Below, in pieces: positions 1 through 8,968 of a stretch of 64,000 nt of DNA. Each line of letters opens with the position of its first letter. The stretch's first letter is position 1. The notes below the pieces were generated by a model. That model saw only the letters and a list, made by a program, of their open reading frames with translations, did not search any database and was not told where the DNA came from. The position numbers and the translations under genes are program-made. The DNA comes from Clostridia bacterium. Its GTDB lineage: Bacteria; Bacillota; Clostridia; Oscillospirales; CAG-272. The stretch covers positions 1,672-65,671 of the forward strand of contig JAGCXA010000006.1 of NCBI GenBank assembly GCA_017961575.1, written 5' to 3'.

Positions 1-703
1 TCGCCACCGCCGCGACCGAAGCGTCGCCCCGCTCCGCGACCGTTTTCGCGGCGACGGCGGTGTTTTCGGCGCTCTCGGTCTTGTAGCCGTGCGCGCGGAT
101 ATACGCCCCGCATTGCGAGAGCGCCTGCGGATGGCTGACGACCGTCTTCACGTCCGAGGGTTTCGCGCCGGGAACGCCGAGCAGATTGTGCGTCACCGAG
201 AGGTCGTAGACGCCGTTGACGAACAGCCCGCCCGAGAACATCAGGTCGAGCACCTGTCCGACCTCCCCCGCAAAACTGTTTTCGATCGGCAGGACGGCGA
301 CGTCGCACTCGCCCGCCTCGACCGCCGCGTACGCCGCCTCGAAGGAGGGGTAGGCGACCGGGGTCCCGTCGGGGAAGATCCTCTGCGACGCGACGTGGGC
401 GAAGGCGCCCTCGACCCCGCTGTACGCGACCCGCAATCCCTCGAAGAGACGGTGCTGCCAACTCTTGCTGACCTCGATCGTCTCCCGCAGATACCGCACG
501 TAGAACGAGCGGAGTTCGGGGTCGGCGATCAGGGCGCTCCGCCCCTCGATCACCTTCGCTTCCTGTTCCTTGTCCTCGATCGGAAGCCCGTGCGCGCGCT
601 TGTACGCGGCGACCTCGCGCACCGCCTCCATCCGACGGACGAACAGCTCCGCCATCTCCTCGTCGATCCGTTTGATCGCGTCTCTTGCTTCGTTGAGTTC
701 CAT
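1..703 (-). CDS. pheA: bifunctional chorismate mutase / prephenate dehydratase (P-protein), N-terminal ~234 codons; continues past window start
   Basis: Own minus-strand translation from ATG 703: MELNEARDAIKRIDEEMAELFVRRMEAVREVAAYKRAHGLPIEDKEQE (chorismate mutase II) then RVAYSGVEGAFAHVA...CDVAVLPIENSFAGEVGQV (prephenate dehydratase). Missing from the ORF track because it is truncated; the 89..790 plus ORF is its antisense shadow. Confidence 0.85.
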   Translation of the reverse strand, partial: MELNEARDAIKRIDEEMAELFVRRMEAVREVAAYKRAHGLPIEDKEQEAKVIEGRSALIADPELRSFYVRYLRETIEVSKSWQHRLFEGLRVAYSGVEGAFAHVASQRIFPDGTPVAYPSFEAAYAAVEAGECDVAVLPIENSFAGEVGQVLDLMFSGGLFVNGVYDLSVTHNLLGVPGAKPSDVKTVVSHPQALSQCGAYIRAHGYKTESAENTAVAAKTVAERGDASVAAVA

Positions 704-741
704 TTCGTTACCTCGTCCGGCGCGCTCGGCGTCCGGTTTCA

Positions 742-778
742 TAAAAAATGCCGCTCTGTCCGGATAGAACAGGGCGGC
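742..778 (-). terminator. attenuator terminator in the pheA leader
   Basis: Minus strand GCCGCCCTGTT-CTATCCG-GACAGAGCGGC (778..750, one mismatch) followed by ATTTTTTAT; about 40 nt upstream of the pheA ATG and 25 nt after the leader ORF stop. Confidence 0.6.
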
Positions 779-803
779 TCGCAAGCATAAAACGAATATC
801 GAA

Positions 804-908
804 TTACGTTCTCTCTGCCGTCTGTCTCCGGGCATCAAAAGAAAACCCGCGGTAAAAGCGGAAGAACGCATAATAATAGAAGGAAGAACCCATATTCGTC
901 TTTTTCAT
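804..908 (-). CDS. pheA leader peptide, 34 aa: MKKTNMGSSFYYYAFFRFYRGFSFDARRQTAERT
   Basis: ATG 908 preceded by GGAAAGGAG at 8-nt spacing; TAA at 806..804. 6 Phe + 4 Tyr within residues 10-24. Lies between a consensus promoter and a terminator directly upstream of pheA. Below the ORF-track size cutoff. Confidence 0.6.
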   Translation of the reverse strand: MKKTNMGSSFYYYAFFRFYRGFSFDARRQTAERT

Positions 909-946
909 TTCGGGATCTCCTTTCCTCGTCTTTTGACGACGTGCAA

Positions 947-975
947 ATTATAGCACGCTTTTTTCCCATTGTCAA
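947..975 (-). promoter_or_regulatory. sigma-A promoter of pheA leader
   Basis: -35 TTGACA (975..970), 17-nt spacer, extended -10 GTGCTATAAT (956..947) on minus strand. Confidence 0.6.
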
Positions 976-1012
976 GGTATTTTTGCGAGTTTTCGCGCGC
1001 GAAGGAAAAAAT

Positions 1013-1933
1013 TTACTCCCCCGCGCGTTCCTTTTGCAGAAGGTCGTAGAACTCGCTTTTCGACGTTCCGCGATCCTTCGCCGCGGCTTTCACGGCGTCC
1101 ATTTTGCTCATACCGGCGTCAAGGTAATGCGCGACGTGTTCGGCGGGGGAGAGGGCGGCAAGTTCGGCGGCGTCCTCGCTTCGCCCGTCGGGTTCGATCC
1201 CGGCTTCCGCCGCGCCCTCGACGACGAGGACGTATTCGCCGCGCGGCTCCCGCGTTTCGTAGAGCGAGACGGCGCCCGCAAGCGTGGTGCGGACGGTCTC
1301 CTCGTTGATCTTGGTCATCTCGCGGCAGAGCGTGATTTTCCGCTCCCCACCGAACAGGTCGCACAGATCCCGGAGCGTGTTTTTCAGTTTGTGCGGCGCC
1401 TCGTAGAAGATCATCGTGCGGCGTTCGTCCTTCACCTCGGAGAGCCGTTCGTTCCGTTCGTGACGGTTGGTCGAGAGGAATCCCTCGAAGGCGAAGCGCC
1501 CGGTCGAGAGGGCGGAGAGCGCCAGCGCGCTGACGGCGGCGCAGCAACCCGGAACGATCTTAACGGGAATACCGCGCTCGGCGGCAAGCCGCACGATGTC
1601 CTCGCCGGGGTCGCTGATCGCGGGCATCCCCGCGTCGGTCACCAGCGCCGCGGATTCCCCCGCCGCCACCCGGTCGAGGATGATCTCTCCGCGCTCGCGC
1701 TTGTTGTGCTCGAAATAACTGATAAGTTCTTTCTTGATCCCGAAGCAGGCGAGCAGTTTTCCCGTGTTGCGGGTGTCCTCCGCCGCGACGAAACCGACCT
1801 CGGACAAAACCTTCTTCGCCCGCTCCGAGAGATCGGACAGGTTGCCGATCGGCGTGGCGACAAGATAGAGCGTCCCGGCTTCGACCCGGTTCTTCTCACC
1901 CGTTTCCCCGATGCTCTTCTTTTCGTGACTCAT
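1013..1933 (-). CDS. rsmI: 16S rRNA (cytidine1402-2'-O)-methyltransferase
   Basis: 306 aa; TLYLVATPIGNLSDLSERA N-terminus and tetrapyrrole-methylase fold typical of RsmI; ATGA start/stop overlap with the upstream methyltransferase gene. Confidence 0.9.
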   Translation of the reverse strand: MSHEKKSIGETGEKNRVEAGTLYLVATPIGNLSDLSERAKKVLSEVGFVAAEDTRNTGKLLACFGIKKELISYFEHNKRERGEIILDRVAAGESAALVTDAGMPAISDPGEDIVRLAAERGIPVKIVPGCCAAVSALALSALSTGRFAFEGFLSTNRHERNERLSEVKDERRTMIFYEAPHKLKNTLRDLCDLFGGERKITLCREMTKINEETVRTTLAGAVSLYETREPRGEYVLVVEGAAEAGIEPDGRSEDAAELAALSPAEHVAHYLDAGMSKMDAVKAAAKDRGTSKSEFYDLLQKERAGE

Positions 1934-2718
1934 CTTTTCGTTCCTTTCTCTTTCGGGTCGGTCCCGTCGCCGAATCCGGCGGGGAAGTCCCCGACGTCGA
2001 GGATAAATTGCATTTCGTCCGAGGGCGCGTCGTGCCGTCCGTCCCGATACAGGAAAAGCGGGCGGGTCATCCGCAACCCCGGCGCGCCGCCCCGTCGCCC
2101 TTCGATGAGGACCAGGGAAGGGAGCGCCGCGGGATCCGACGAAACGACGGTCAGTCGCTTCGCCTCGATCCCCGCTTCGCGCATAGCAGAGAGCAGGTCG
2201 GAGAGGCGTTCGGGCAGGTAGACCGCGACGAAGCGTCCCCCGGTTTTGAGTTTTCCCGCCGCCGCGCGGCAGAAGTCGAAAACGTCGCCCCGGAGTTCGC
2301 GCCTAGCCGCGTTCTTTCTGTCTGAGAAGTTTTCAAATCCCGCCCCCGCCCGCAGGTAGGGGGGATTCGTCACGACGAGATCGTAGTTTTCGCCGGGACA
2401 GGCGTCGTTGTCGCGCAGATCGCAATGCCGTCCCGTCACGCGGTCGGAAAGTCCGTTCAGCGCGGCGTTTCTGTCGATCAAGAGCGCGTACTCCTTCTGC
2501 GCTTCGAGCGAGAGGATCGTTTTCACTTTGCGCCGGACGGCGAGCAGGAGCGAGACGATCCCGGTTCCCCCGCCGAACTCGACCGCGCGCGCCGCGGGGT
2601 CGCCCCGGACGTAGGCGGCGAGGAGCAGGGCGTCGGTCCCGAAGGTCAGCCCGTCGCGGTACTGATAGAGTTTCAGATCGTCGTTCACGACGTCAAGCCG
2701 CAGTTCGTCGGCGCTCAT
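1930..2718 (-). CDS. class I SAM-dependent methyltransferase, YabB/TrmN6-like (tRNA adenine-N6 type)
   Basis: 262 aa; SAM loop EFGGGTGIVSLLLA and N6-adenine motif VVTNPPYL; same yabB-rsmI gene order as in Bacillus. Confidence 0.75.
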   Translation of the reverse strand: MSADELRLDVVNDDLKLYQYRDGLTFGTDALLLAAYVRGDPAARAVEFGGGTGIVSLLLAVRRKVKTILSLEAQKEYALLIDRNAALNGLSDRVTGRHCDLRDNDACPGENYDLVVTNPPYLRAGAGFENFSDRKNAARRELRGDVFDFCRAAAGKLKTGGRFVAVYLPERLSDLLSAMREAGIEAKRLTVVSSDPAALPSLVLIEGRRGGAPGLRMTRPLFLYRDGRHDAPSDEMQFILDVGDFPAGFGDGTDPKEKGTKR

Positions 2719-2740
2719 TTCCTGCTCCTTCCGGTCGTTT

Positions 2741-2779
2741 TTATAAGGAAAGGGACGAAAGGTGTGTCCTTTCGTCCCC
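2741..2779 (-). terminator. hairpin terminator after ferredoxin gene
   Basis: GGGACGAAAGG-loop-CCTTTCGTCCC (2778..2752) then TTTCCTTAT on minus strand; weak U-tract. Confidence 0.45.
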
Positions 2780-2813
2780 GGTCCTGTCTATGTAGACGGC
2801 AGGACAATGGTAA

Positions 2814-3062
<249 letters not shown>

Positions 3063-3088
3063 TCAAAAAGATGCGAACGGGCTGATTT

Positions 3089-4057
3089 TTACTGTTTTCC
3101 CTGTTCTTTCGGGGCGCCTTTTTTGCCCGAACGGAGGACCTTGATCTCCGAGGCGGGATACATCTTCGGCGCCTCTGGCTTCTCGTCCAGTTTGACCCGG
3201 ACGGTCTCGGCGAGCGGGCGCACTTCGGTGACGGTTCCGTTCCCGTTCTGCGTCTCGACGTACGAACCCATCGGCGGAACGTGTTTCAGAGCCGCCTCGT
3301 AACTCTCGTGCTCGTAGCGCAGACAGCACATCAGCCGTCCGCACGCGCCCGAGATCTTCGCGGAGTTCAGAGAGAAGTTCTGTTCCTTCGCCATCTTGAT
3401 CGACACCTGCGCGAAATCCGAGAGGAAGGAGGTACAGCAGAAGGGACGCCCGCAGGAGCCGAGCCCGCCGACCATCCGCGCCTCGTCGCGGATCCCGATC
3501 TGACGAAGGTCGATCCGCGTGCGGAAGATCGCCGCCAGATCCTTCACCAGTTCACGGAAATCGACCCGGTTCTCGGCGGTGAAATAGAAGATCAGTTTGC
3601 TGTTGTCGAAGGTGTATTCGACGTCGACGAGATTCATTTCGAGTTTCCGCGCCGCGATCTTCTGCTGCGCGATCTCGGCGGCGGAGACTTCCAGTTCGCG
3701 GTTGCGGTCGGAGCGTTCGATATCGTCCGGCGTCGCTTTACGCATCACCTTCTTCAAGGGGGACGAGATCCTGTCGGACGCGACGCGGTGGGTCGTCTGC
3801 GCGATCCTGCCGAGTTCGATCCCGCGCGCCGTCTCGACGATGACCTTCTCTCCGAGGGTGAAGGTCAGATCGCCGGGGGCGAAAAAGTAGTTCTTTCCCG
3901 AATTGCGGAAAGCGACGTCGACGACCTCGACCGTCTCCTTTTCCTTCGGAGGTTCGGTCGGGGCGGCAGTCTCTTTCTCTTCGGGCGCCGGGGTCGGCGC
4001 GGGCGTCGCGGCGGGTTCGGCTGCAACGGCGGTTTGTTCAAGTTCCAGTTCGTTCAT
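3089..4057 (-). CDS. ricT: PSP1-domain protein RicT/YaaT (stage 0 sporulation / RNA-processing regulator)
   Basis: 322 aa from ATG 4057; CGRPFCCTSFL and CGRLMCCLRYE cysteine motifs and collinearity with B. subtilis YaaT. The upstream 86 codons of the track ORF are Arg-rich and overlap the holB end. Confidence 0.85.
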   Translation of the reverse strand: MNELELEQTAVAAEPAATPAPTPAPEEKETAAPTEPPKEKETVEVVDVAFRNSGKNYFFAPGDLTFTLGEKVIVETARGIELGRIAQTTHRVASDRISSPLKKVMRKATPDDIERSDRNRELEVSAAEIAQQKIAARKLEMNLVDVEYTFDNSKLIFYFTAENRVDFRELVKDLAAIFRTRIDLRQIGIRDEARMVGGLGSCGRPFCCTSFLSDFAQVSIKMAKEQNFSLNSAKISGACGRLMCCLRYEHESYEAALKHVPPMGSYVETQNGNGTVTEVRPLAETVRVKLDEKPEAPKMYPASEIKVLRSGKKGAPKEQGKQ

Positions 4058-4098
4058 TTTTCCGTCCTGCCGGGGCAGGATCCTTTCTTCTGTATGCG

Positions 4099-5130
4099 TC
4101 AGGCGCGTCGGCTGACCGAGACGGCGAGAGAGGTCAGAATCGTTTGAATATTCCCGTTCGCGCGAACGGCGTCGGCGGCGTCGCGGCAGGCGTCCGCGAT
4201 CTTCATCAGCCGCTGTGAGTCGGCTTTTTCGGAAAGCGTCTTCGCCTCGTTTCGGTCGACGTAAAAGAGCAGGGGAGCGTCGGGAGATCGCTTCACGACC
4301 GAGAGGTCGCGGCACGCCTCGATCAGGGGGACGAGATGCGCCGTCAGTTCGGTGCGTTTTGCGGGAAGGGCGAAGACGGCGCGCAACACCTCGGCGTAAC
4401 TTGCCCCGCTCGCCGCCGCGCGGACGATCCCTTTGACGGTTTCGCGCATCTTTTCAAGCGCCGCCTCGCGCTTCGGCGTGAGGTAGGCGAGCGCGACCCC
4501 GATCCGTCCGTGCGACGCCGCGATCACGGCGTCGAGTTTTCCTTTGCCCTCGGCGTCGAGTTTGCGCGCTTCGCCCGATGCGCGGAGCAGATATTTCCGC
4601 ACTTCGTCGTTTGGCACGGGTTCGAGCCGCAGGGTCTGCACCCGGCTCCGCACCGTCGGAAGAAGCCCGTCCGCCGACTCGGCGAGCAGAAGGATCAGGA
4701 CGCCCGCGGGCGGCTCTTCGAGCGAGATCAGCAGCGCGTTCTGCGCCGCCGGGGTCATCGCGTCCGCGTCGTCGATGATGAAAAAGCGCACATCGAGTTC
4801 GGTCGGCGAGAGAGCCATCTCCCGCCGGAGATCCCGGACCTGATCGACGCTGACGGTCGCCCGGTCTCCCCGGTCGAGGTAATGCACGTCGGTCGAACGG
4901 TCGGAGAGGATCTTGCGGCAGGCGGGGCAGACCCCGCAGGGAAGATCGGCTCCCGTATCCCCGCGTTTTTCGCAGGAGACGGCGGCGGCGATCATCCGGG
5001 CGAAGGTGCGTTTTCCGCTCCCCTCGGGTCCCTCGATCAGATAGGCGTGGGAGAGACGGCACGAACGCACGGCGTCGTCGATCCGCGCCCTCAGCGCGTC
5101 CGACCCGACGAAGTCGGGAAAACAAGCCAT
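4099..5130 (-). CDS. holB: DNA polymerase III subunit delta'
   Basis: 343 aa from ATG 5130 (GGAGGTGG RBS); Walker A GPEGSGKRT, zinc module CGVCPACRK, TVRSRVQTL sensor motif; adjacent to ricT as in Bacillus. Confidence 0.85.
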   Translation of the reverse strand: MACFPDFVGSDALRARIDDAVRSCRLSHAYLIEGPEGSGKRTFARMIAAAVSCEKRGDTGADLPCGVCPACRKILSDRSTDVHYLDRGDRATVSVDQVRDLRREMALSPTELDVRFFIIDDADAMTPAAQNALLISLEEPPAGVLILLLAESADGLLPTVRSRVQTLRLEPVPNDEVRKYLLRASGEARKLDAEGKGKLDAVIAASHGRIGVALAYLTPKREAALEKMRETVKGIVRAAASGASYAEVLRAVFALPAKRTELTAHLVPLIEACRDLSVVKRSPDAPLLFYVDRNEAKTLSEKADSQRLMKIADACRDAADAVRANGNIQTILTSLAVSVSRRA

Positions 5131-5154
5131 ACCGCCACCTCCGTTTCTCTTACT

Positions 5155-5183
5155 ATTATAACAAAACCCGCGCGCGCTGTCAA
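5155..5183 (-). promoter_or_regulatory. sigma-A promoter of holB operon
   Basis: -35 TTGACA (5183..5178), 17 nt, -10 TATAAT (5160..5155). Confidence 0.55.
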
Positions 5184-5286
5184 TCACCCGGGACGGGAAA
5201 ACGCTTTTTTCGGGGACTTTTCGCTTCGCTGCGGTCTGTATTTTTTACGCTTTTGCGATCACGGAGCCGAAAAATCACGTTTATCC

Positions 5287-5315
5287 TTGACGGAATTGTC
5301 CGACGGTGTTATACT
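5287..5315 (+). promoter_or_regulatory. sigma-A promoter of large lipoprotein gene
   Basis: -35 TTGACG (5287..5292), 17 nt, TGtTATACT extended -10 (-10 at 5310..5315). Confidence 0.55.
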
Positions 5316-5369
5316 GTTAAATGGTAGAACTTTTAATCCGATTTGAGAAAAAAAGGAAAGGAAGAATTT

Positions 5370-8300
5370 ATGAAACGCAGATTTCCCCTTTTGATGCTTC
5401 TTTTGTCTCTTCTGCTCGTCGTGACGATGGCGTTTACCGCCTGCGGCGACGGGAACGACTCCGCGGATGGCGACGATGACGCCGCCTCGGGCATCGGATC
5501 CGATTACAGCGTGGATCAGATCGCCGAGAAGTTGGACGCCCTGCGCACGCAACAAGGTCTTTTCGTCAAACTGCATATCGTTTCCACCGAAAACGGTACG
5601 GCGGAACAGTACGACGTCGTCTACGCCGCCAAGGGAAACCTCTACTACTTCATGACGAAGGACGACGAGGTTTATCTTGAATTCGGCGAGACTGCGCTCA
5701 CCGTTTACGACAAAGAGGACGGTGCCTTCAAGAAAACCGTGATGAATTACGGCGCCGGCTTCACCAAAGAGCAGGCGAAGACGATGGCGGACGGCTACTT
5801 TGCCGCCCTGGGCGGTTACTTCGGCGCGTACCAAGCGTATACTTCCGGCGTGCCGGGGATGACCACCGTCAAGACCGAAACGACCGTCGCGGGGCGCGCC
5901 TGCGACAAATATACCTTCACGGCGACGGTACCCGACGCCACGGCGTCGATCGAGATCTGCATCGACCGGGCGACCGGCGCTTGCCTCAGATTCTCCGGCT
6001 CCGCGTCGGCGGCGGACGGCAGCAGCAGCGGTTCCGTCGAATGCACTCAGTTCACGACGCCCTACACCGTCACCCTCCCCGACGTCAACACGACCGACGG
6101 TCGCCCGCAGGGAGAAGGCGGTACCGAACCCGGCGGCAATACCGAACCCGGCGGTGAAGGCGGTCAAGGCGGTCAAGGCGGTCAAGGCGGTCAAGGCGAG
6201 GTTCCGCAAAACAGCGTATTTGCAAACAAAAAACTCGTCGTAACGTCTGTCGACTGCTCCAACCGGGAAGTGGCGGCGCTCTTCGCAAACGCACACGCAG
6301 ATCTGTTTACGAGCGGAGACTTCGAACTTGTCAGCGGAATGGGCGTACTTTTCGGTACGTATACGATCAAGGACAACGACAGATATGCGGATCTCGGGAC
6401 TTTCAAGGTCTTTGATTACGAATCGGAAGGATACACGCACAGCGTTCCCCAAACCCTGCAAACGATGGCAATCACACGCGAGGGCACAAACGGCTATCGG
6501 ATGGATCTCCGCGTTCCCGTCCCGAACGGTTCTATCGTTGACGCGGTCCTGCATATGAGCGACAGCGGCGCTGCCCCGACGCGCGAAGATCTCCCGAACG
6601 ATCCTAACGGAGACGGTTTCAACGCGCAATATCAGATCGAACAAGACGTTTGGGATTTCATCTTTTTGGATCGCGGGCTGCTCGCGGGCGGCAACCGGTT
6701 TACCGTTGCGCACGCTTCAAACGAGCCGCTCAGCGCAAACGGCACTTTCAAAGTTGACCGCAACAAGATTGAAGATTCTTGGGAACAAGGCGCGACGTAC
6801 TATGAAAAGACGGGCAACACGCCCGACCAATCCGGTCAATACGCTTATGCCGTTTATATGAGAGACGGCAGTACGTGGTACACCGTGCCTGCGAACTATG
6901 CTTATGAACTCTTCGACGACGAGCTCGGCATAGTCCCCGTGCCTTTTGAGAAAATGAATTACAGCGCGACGGGTCGTTACTACTACGTCAGTCTTTTCAA
7001 ATGGACGGAAACGGGCTCTTCACAAGAAAGCGAAGTCCAGAACTACCGGGTGTGGTTTGAGAACGGCAACGTGCAAAAAATCGAGTATTTCGTTTTAGGA
7101 AGGACCTACACGCGTACGTTCACCTATTCGGCATACGGAACGACGACGGTTGACCTTCCGCAAACAAGCGGCGGGCAAGGCGGCGGACAACCGTCGCAAG
7201 ACCTTGACGATTACTATGCGCTTCTCGAAAACAAAACCCTTGTCTACAACAGAGTGACCAACAACAACGGCGCGCTTGAAAGTGGCGAGCTCGCTTTGGC
7301 GGGCGAAGCGTCCGAGGGAGCGGCGCTCGGCGTTTTTGAGGACAATGAAGCGGAACTTCACTTTGAAAAGGCGTTCGATTACGACACGGTTTCAAACGTC
7401 GCTTCAACCTACTACGGCACGCTCGAATTCACCGAGTATAACGCAAACAACGGCAATCCTTTCGTCAAAGGTCGTATCGTTATGAACAAGGCGGTCATCG
7501 GTGAGGAAGTTCAAACGAGCGGCTTGTCCAATATGATGGTCAGATGGTATATAAACGATTCTCAACTGAGACTCCAGATGGGCGACTACTTCATCTATCT
7601 TGACGTTTCCGATGAGACGCCGACGCATATCCCCGTTCCGAACGGCGGCGGTCAAGGATCGGGCACGGGCGAATCCGGTCAGGGAACCGATAACGGAACG
7701 ACCGTTATCGCCGTTTACCCGGACGTTACCTCCGCCGCGTCGTTCGAGCGTATCGTCGGGCGCGGTTTGCGGGCGACGTTTTCCACCAGCGCTACCGAAT
7801 CGGAGACCTACGTGTTTACCTACGGTGAATCGGGCAACGTGATCTACTTCTATCCGGCTTCGGACAACGAAACCTACTTTGACGTCTCGGCTGCCGAGTA
7901 CTACGACTGCTACGTGAAAGCGGACGGCGTCTGGACGGCGGCGCGCTTCTATTACGAGGACGAAGGATCCGATTATCAGAACCGTGACGAGTTGGTCGCG
8001 TCGCTCCGCAGTATGCCGTACGGGTATCTGCTCCTGAACGCGACCGACGCAGCCAGAAGCGGTATGCAGCGGGAGACCGGCACCTATCTTGGCCGTCCCG
8101 TCGACGTGTTCACCGTGACCGAAAACGGACTCACCTACACCTACGTCGTCGATCAGACGACCGGGCTCGTTCTGAGCAACCGGATGTCGATCTCGGTTCA
8201 GGGCGTCGAATTCTTCACCTGCAACGCCGCCACCGCCTTCGAGACCGGCGTTACCTATACGCTTCCCGTCGTGACCGTCGTGGATCCCCACGCGGGCGGC

Positions 8301-8861
8301 GGGGAAGAGCTCGTCGCGATCACCGACGACTTTGTCCCCGAGGACGTGCTTGCGGCGATCATGGATCCGGAACTCGACGGCTTCTCGGTCACCTATCAGG
8401 TCACGGAGACTCTGACCTTGGAGTTCTCGATGAAGGACGACGTGTATCAGACGTACAACAATCTCAAGGGCATCTACACGGCTGACCTGCGCGACGAGAC
8501 CAAGGCGGTCATGTACGAGGAGCAAGAAGACTACGTTTATGCAAGCGAACTCAACTACGAAGAGATGGAAATGTCGCGCGAAGACGTGCTGTACGACATC
8601 GTACTCGCCGAGTTCCGCGAGTATGCGCTCCGCTTCGCCGACTGTGACGACGCGTCGTTTACCAAGACCGCGTTCACCTATTCCAGACTGGACCGCGAAG
8701 CGTATCTCTATCAGAACGAAGACACGCAGGTGAAGTATATCATCGACGCCGAAACGGGGCTCTGCCTGCTGTATCAGGATGAGTGGAATACCTTCTACTG
8801 CACGTCGATCACGGTCAATATCCCGGATATCGAAATTCCTACCCCTACGCCTGAGGAGTAA
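5370..8861 (+). CDS. large modular lipoprotein, function unknown
   Basis: 1163 aa from ATG 5370; signal peptide plus lipobox (LLLVVTMAFTAC); three Gly/Gln/Ser linkers; recurring module ending in xxD(R/Q/A)(A/T/E)TG(A/L)(C/V)L. No catalytic motif recognised. Confidence 0.8.
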   Translation: MKRRFPLLMLLLSLLLVVTMAFTACGDGNDSADGDDDAASGIGSDYSVDQIAEKLDALRTQQGLFVKLHIVSTENGTAEQYDVVYAAKGNLYYFMTKDDEVYLEFGETALTVYDKEDGAFKKTVMNYGAGFTKEQAKTMADGYFAALGGYFGAYQAYTSGVPGMTTVKTETTVAGRACDKYTFTATVPDATASIEICIDRATGACLRFSGSASAADGSSSGSVECTQFTTPYTVTLPDVNTTDGRPQGEGGTEPGGNTEPGGEGGQGGQGGQGGQGEVPQNSVFANKKLVVTSVDCSNREVAALFANAHADLFTSGDFELVSGMGVLFGTYTIKDNDRYADLGTFKVFDYESEGYTHSVPQTLQTMAITREGTNGYRMDLRVPVPNGSIVDAVLHMSDSGAAPTREDLPNDPNGDGFNAQYQIEQDVWDFIFLDRGLLAGGNRFTVAHASNEPLSANGTFKVDRNKIEDSWEQGATYYEKTGNTPDQSGQYAYAVYMRDGSTWYTVPANYAYELFDDELGIVPVPFEKMNYSATGRYYYVSLFKWTETGSSQESEVQNYRVWFENGNVQKIEYFVLGRTYTRTFTYSAYGTTTVDLPQTSGGQGGGQPSQDLDDYYALLENKTLVYNRVTNNNGALESGELALAGEASEGAALGVFEDNEAELHFEKAFDYDTVSNVASTYYGTLEFTEYNANNGNPFVKGRIVMNKAVIGEEVQTSGLSNMMVRWYINDSQLRLQMGDYFIYLDVSDETPTHIPVPNGGGQGSGTGESGQGTDNGTTVIAVYPDVTSAASFERIVGRGLRATFSTSATESETYVFTYGESGNVIYFYPASDNETYFDVSAAEYYDCYVKADGVWTAARFYYEDEGSDYQNRDELVASLRSMPYGYLLLNATDAARSGMQRETGTYLGRPVDVFTVTENGLTYTYVVDQTTGLVLSNRMSISVQGVEFFTCNAATAFETGVTYTLPVVTVVDPHAGGGEELVAITDDFVPEDVLAAIMDPELDGFSVTYQVTETLTLEFSMKDDVYQTYNNLKGIYTADLRDETKAVMYEEQEDYVYASELNYEEMEMSREDVLYDIVLAEFREYALRFADCDDASFTKTAFTYSRLDREAYLYQNEDTQVKYIIDAETGLCLLYQDEWNTFYCTSITVNIPDIEIPTPTPEE
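6159..6197 (+). repeat. 9-bp tandem repeat GGCGGTCAA x4 (+GGC), in frame (GGQ)n
   Basis: Read directly; encodes GGQGGQGGQGGQG in linker 1 of the lipoprotein. Confidence 0.95.
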
Positions 8862-8876
8862 GGCGAATCATTTACG

Positions 8877-8910
8877 GGACCCGGCGCAAAACGCGCCGGG
8901 TCCTTGTTTA
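8877..8910 (+). terminator. terminator of lipoprotein gene
   Basis: GGACCCGGCGC-AAAAC-GCGCCGGGTCC then TTGTTTA. Confidence 0.7.
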
Positions 8911-8951
8911 TCGACCGAAAGGACCCTGATTTGCAGGTTCCCTTGTCGGAT

Positions 8952-8968
8952 GGGTTCGACGCCGAACG
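8952..8968. repeat. 17-nt direct repeat copy 1 (GGGTTCGACGCCGAACG)
   Basis: Identical to 9121..9137; contains the mini-hairpin GTTCG-ACGC-CGAAC. Confidence 0.9.

Noticed and set aside
89-790. A 233-aa plus-strand ORF at the left edge.
   Set aside because: It is the antisense shadow of pheA. The minus-strand frame gives an unmistakable chorismate mutase / prephenate dehydratase sequence starting at 703.
4058-4315. N-terminal extensions of track ORFs (3089..4315, 4099..5187, 21073.., 23142.., 25305.., 28095.., 36065..37465, 39683.., 52815..53852).
   Set aside because: The extensions are Arg-rich or overlap neighbouring genes or promoters. Internal start codons with GGAGG-type RBS coincide with where family homology begins, so those starts were used instead.
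6100-6205. A short-period repeat that might look CRISPR-like or satellite-like.
   Set aside because: The 9-bp units are contiguous with no spacers. They lie in frame within a CDS and encode a GGQ linker.
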